Source: an uncultured Chroococcidiopsis sp. (lineage in GTDB: Bacteria > Cyanobacteriota > Cyanobacteriia > Cyanobacteriales > Chroococcidiopsidaceae). Taken from it: a stretch of 64,000 nt of DNA. The notes beneath the pieces were generated by a model. It did no database searches, had not been told where the DNA came from, and saw nothing but the letters and a program-made list of their open reading frames with translations. The position numbers and the translations under genes were made by a program. The stretch covers positions 64,001-128,000 of the forward strand of contig CAXTYC010000008.1 in the NCBI GenBank assembly GCA_964248365.1, written 5' to 3'. The stretch's first letter is position 1. Every line of letters begins with the position of its first letter. Shown piece after piece: positions 61,434 through 64,000 of the stretch.

Positions 61434-62168
61434 CTAATTAGTATTTTTCAACTTGGCAAGACGACGGGAAATTTCATCATCAAGCGTCAAGCGTTCTAAA
61501 TCTGTTTGCAGCTTATCCGTGTGACTTTCAGATAGTTCTGCTTGAGCATTAACTTTCAAATATCTGCCTTCGATTGCTGCTTGTGCAGATTCAAATTGAT
61601 CGCTAGCTGCACTGAGGTTTAAACTACTATCAACTTTGGCAATTGTCGCTAAGGCTTCATTGATTTCTGATAAAGCCTTCAGATTTTGCATTTCTGTTTT
61701 ATAAGCCTCTACCTTTTCTCGTTCCCGATAGAGTTTTTCTTTAGCGGCAATTACTACTTTTTCAGCAGAGGCAACTTGTTCGGCAATTTTGGGTAGTAGC
61801 CGTTCAATTGCGATCGCCCGGCTCATTGACAATCTTGCTGCTTCTTCATTACCTTGTTCATAGGCAAGCCTTGCCCCATTTTCTGCCTGTTTCAACTCTT
61901 GAAGTTTGGCTGCGTATTTAGTTTGAGCTTTTTCATAAGCAGCTACTACTGTGGCGACAGATTCAGTAATTTTGGCGATCGATCTTTGCATCGATTCGAG
62001 AGATTCCTGCGCCACTTCTTGTGCAATTTTGCCTCCAGATTCGACTGGAATACCCCATAGCCAATTCCAGATCCCTACCAAAGTACGTCCAGATCTGTCC
62101 CCAATTAACCAATATATGACCAGTTTTAACTTACCTTCGCCAATTAACCAATAAATCAGTTGCTTCAT
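61434..62168 (-). CDS. PspA/IM30 family protein
   Basis: Long coiled coil, ARLAYEQGNEEAARLSM motif, C-terminal LDDEISRRLAKLK. Confidence 0.82.
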   Translation of the reverse strand: MKQLIYWLIGEGKLKLVIYWLIGDRSGRTLVGIWNWLWGIPVESGGKIAQEVAQESLESMQRSIAKITESVATVVAAYEKAQTKYAAKLQELKQAENGARLAYEQGNEEAARLSMSRAIAIERLLPKIAEQVASAEKVVIAAKEKLYREREKVEAYKTEMQNLKALSEINEALATIAKVDSSLNLSAASDQFESAQAAIEGRYLKVNAQAELSESHTDKLQTDLERLTLDDEISRRLAKLKNTN

Positions 62169-62392
62169 TTCTCACCACTTCCAACCCATCTGATTAAGTA
62201 TTGGGATGGAGTAAGAAAAAAATGCAGCCTGTTTCTGCCTGCGATTATTAACTTATATTAAATCCGGCTAAACACCCATAAATTCTATAGGGGCGGGTTT
62301 AATGATACATCTGGCTCGAAGACAAATTACCTAGTTAACCCGCCTCTACTAAACACTATTTTTACAGGTATTTCACCCTTCCAACCTTCATA

Positions 62393-62567
62393 ACAGACGC
62401 AATATATTGCGTCTGGAACACCTTTGTTTTCCTTAGCGCCTTTGCGCCTACTGGAGCGAGTTGCCGCTAGCCTGCGGCAACGCTCCGCGAACGCGTCTAT
62501 GCGTGACATTATCCTCCTACCTTCGTGCAACGCTACAGACGCAATATATTGCGTCTGGAACACCTTT
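62393..62567. repeat. 33-nt palindromic direct repeat pair flanking a 109-nt insert
   Basis: ACAGACGCAATATATTGCGTCTGGAACACCTTT at 62393-62425 and 62535-62567. Confidence 0.85.
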
Positions 62568-62576
62568 CGGGTTTCA

Positions 62577-63998
62577 TCATTCAGGCGCTTCGCCCCCAAC
62601 TACCACATTACGAATCCTTAAGCTGGGACCACCACAACCCACAGGTAAGCCACTTTGTCCACCCTTACCACAACCACCAGATTCATCCCAATAGAAATCA
62701 TCTCCAATCGCCTCAATATCACCTAGAGTTTGGAAGACATTTCCAGAAAGAGTGACATCGCGCACAGGTTCTGCAATCTTTCCATTGCGAATCATCCAAG
62801 CTTCACCCGCACTGAAAGTAAACATCTCGCCATTGGTCATTCCACCCAACCAGTTACTAGCGTAAACTCCTTTTTTAATTCCATTAAACAAGTCTGCTAC
62901 TGGTGTTTTTCCCCGCTCAATCCATGTATTAGTCATACGAACAATTGGGGCATAGTGGTAGTTAAGACAGCGAGCATTTCCTGTCGGTGCTTCTCCCAAT
63001 TTTCCAGCTGTTTCGCGTGAATGCAGTCTTCCCACTAGAACGCCATCTTTAATTAATTGCGTAGTAGTGGCGGGAGTGCCTTCATCATCATAGAAGTAGC
63101 TACCGCGATGTCCTTGGGGTGCTGCACCATCGAAAATTTGTAATTCTTTAGGTCCAAATCGCCGCCCCATGCTCATCACTTCTAACAAATCAGGGTTTTC
63201 ATAAGCCGAGTCTGCTTCTGAAAGATGACCAAAGGCTTCGTGGACAAACAAACCAGTCAAAATTGGGTCGATAACTACAGTGTAGGTGTTACCTTTGACT
63301 GATGGCAGAGATAGAGCTGCAACAGCTCTTTGGGCAGCGCTGCCCACTTGCTCATCTAATGTGGTTAAATCTTCATAAGCCTTGCGGGAACCACTGGTTT
63401 CGCGTCCTGTTTGCACAGTGTCGCCGTTTCGAGCTGTAGCGGCGAAGCGCATTTCCATATCTACCCAAGACTGATCGATTAATGTGCCTTCTGAAGTGGC
63501 AAAGATCACCCGTTGCATAATGTCGCCATAACGCACCGAAGTAGTGGTAATCTTAGGGTCAAAGCTTTTGAGAATTTCGCTGTAGTGATCGCACAGTTGC
63601 TTTTTCTGCGTTAGGGAAATATGGCGTGGATCAGTGCCAGTTAGCGGTACAAAGCAAGTTGTTTGAACTGGTTCAATCGGGGCTAGAAGAGTTTCTCCAT
63701 CCCCAACTATTCTAGCTGCGGCGATCGCTTCTTCTATTCTTTCAGTAATACTTGACAGCTGGTTAAAGCTACTCTGTCCCCAGCCACCTTTATAACAAGC
63801 TCGTACTTGTCCACCAATAGCAATACCTTCACTCAAGGTTTCCACTTTCTCACTACGCAAAAAGATATCAGTTCCCTGAGATTCTTCGAGTCGAATCATC
63901 AGATAATCTACGCGGTGTGAATAACGGGCGATCAAGTCAGCAAGTAAGTTTTGGGCATCAGCAAGTGCATTCGGCATGGGAGAGAGCAACAATGACAC
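62577..63998 (-). CDS. tldD: TldD/PmbA family metalloprotease (start may be ATG 63977)
   Basis: FVHEAFGHLSEAD, YDDEG, GNAR, RMTNT, GGCGKGGQ. Confidence 0.93.
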   Translation of the reverse strand: MSLLLSPMPNALADAQNLLADLIARYSHRVDYLMIRLEESQGTDIFLRSEKVETLSEGIAIGGQVRACYKGGWGQSSFNQLSSITERIEEAIAAARIVGDGETLLAPIEPVQTTCFVPLTGTDPRHISLTQKKQLCDHYSEILKSFDPKITTTSVRYGDIMQRVIFATSEGTLIDQSWVDMEMRFAATARNGDTVQTGRETSGSRKAYEDLTTLDEQVGSAAQRAVAALSLPSVKGNTYTVVIDPILTGLFVHEAFGHLSEADSAYENPDLLEVMSMGRRFGPKELQIFDGAAPQGHRGSYFYDDEGTPATTTQLIKDGVLVGRLHSRETAGKLGEAPTGNARCLNYHYAPIVRMTNTWIERGKTPVADLFNGIKKGVYASNWLGGMTNGEMFTFSAGEAWMIRNGKIAEPVRDVTLSGNVFQTLGDIEAIGDDFYWDESGGCGKGGQSGLPVGCGGPSLRIRNVVVGGEAPE

Positions 63999-64000
63999 AC

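Noticed and set aside
62393..62567. Possible mini CRISPR array
   Set aside because: Only two repeats, the 109-nt spacer is itself repeat-derived, there are no cas genes, and a related palindrome occurs alone at ~53228
1..64000. Very frequent GCGATCGC as a novel repeat
   Set aside because: This is the well-known cyanobacterial HIP1 octamer

Overview
64-kb chromosomal window from a cyanobacterium. Evidence for this is the dense HIP1 GCGATCGC octamers, heptamer STRR arrays and photosynthesis genes; cphA2/cphB2 and the repeat types suggest a Nostocales/Chroococcidiopsidales-like lineage (inference). Most of the window is core genome: psaI, psbEFLJ-ycf48-rubA, ndhCKJ, sigA, two hli genes, a GyrA/ParC paralog, hemL, hisIE, spp-ruvA, tRNA-Thr, cphA2/cphB2, rpsO-pam68-aroF, tyrA, vte4-hpt, cobA/hemD, coaE and tldD. 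Five accessory items stand out. (1) A four-gene minus-strand module (54.4-61.2 kb) encodes an anchored periplasmic-binding/TPR receptor, a sigma70-like HTH protein, a DUF1822 protein and a CHAT (caspase-like, His/Cys intact) protease fused through a TM helix to a paralogous receptor. It looks like a transmembrane protease / anti-sigma / sigma signalling system and is preceded by a PspA/IM30 gene. (2) A group II intron sits in the ndhCKJ leader with recognisable EBS/IBS pairing, but its maturase ORF is broken by a nonsense codon and a repeat insertion. (3) miaE and ktrB/ktrA are decayed pseudogenes. (4) An Rpn nuclease has a candidate internal antitoxin start. (5) Short repeats have entered several conserved genes in frame. 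All calls come from reading the sequence and recognising motifs; no searches were run.
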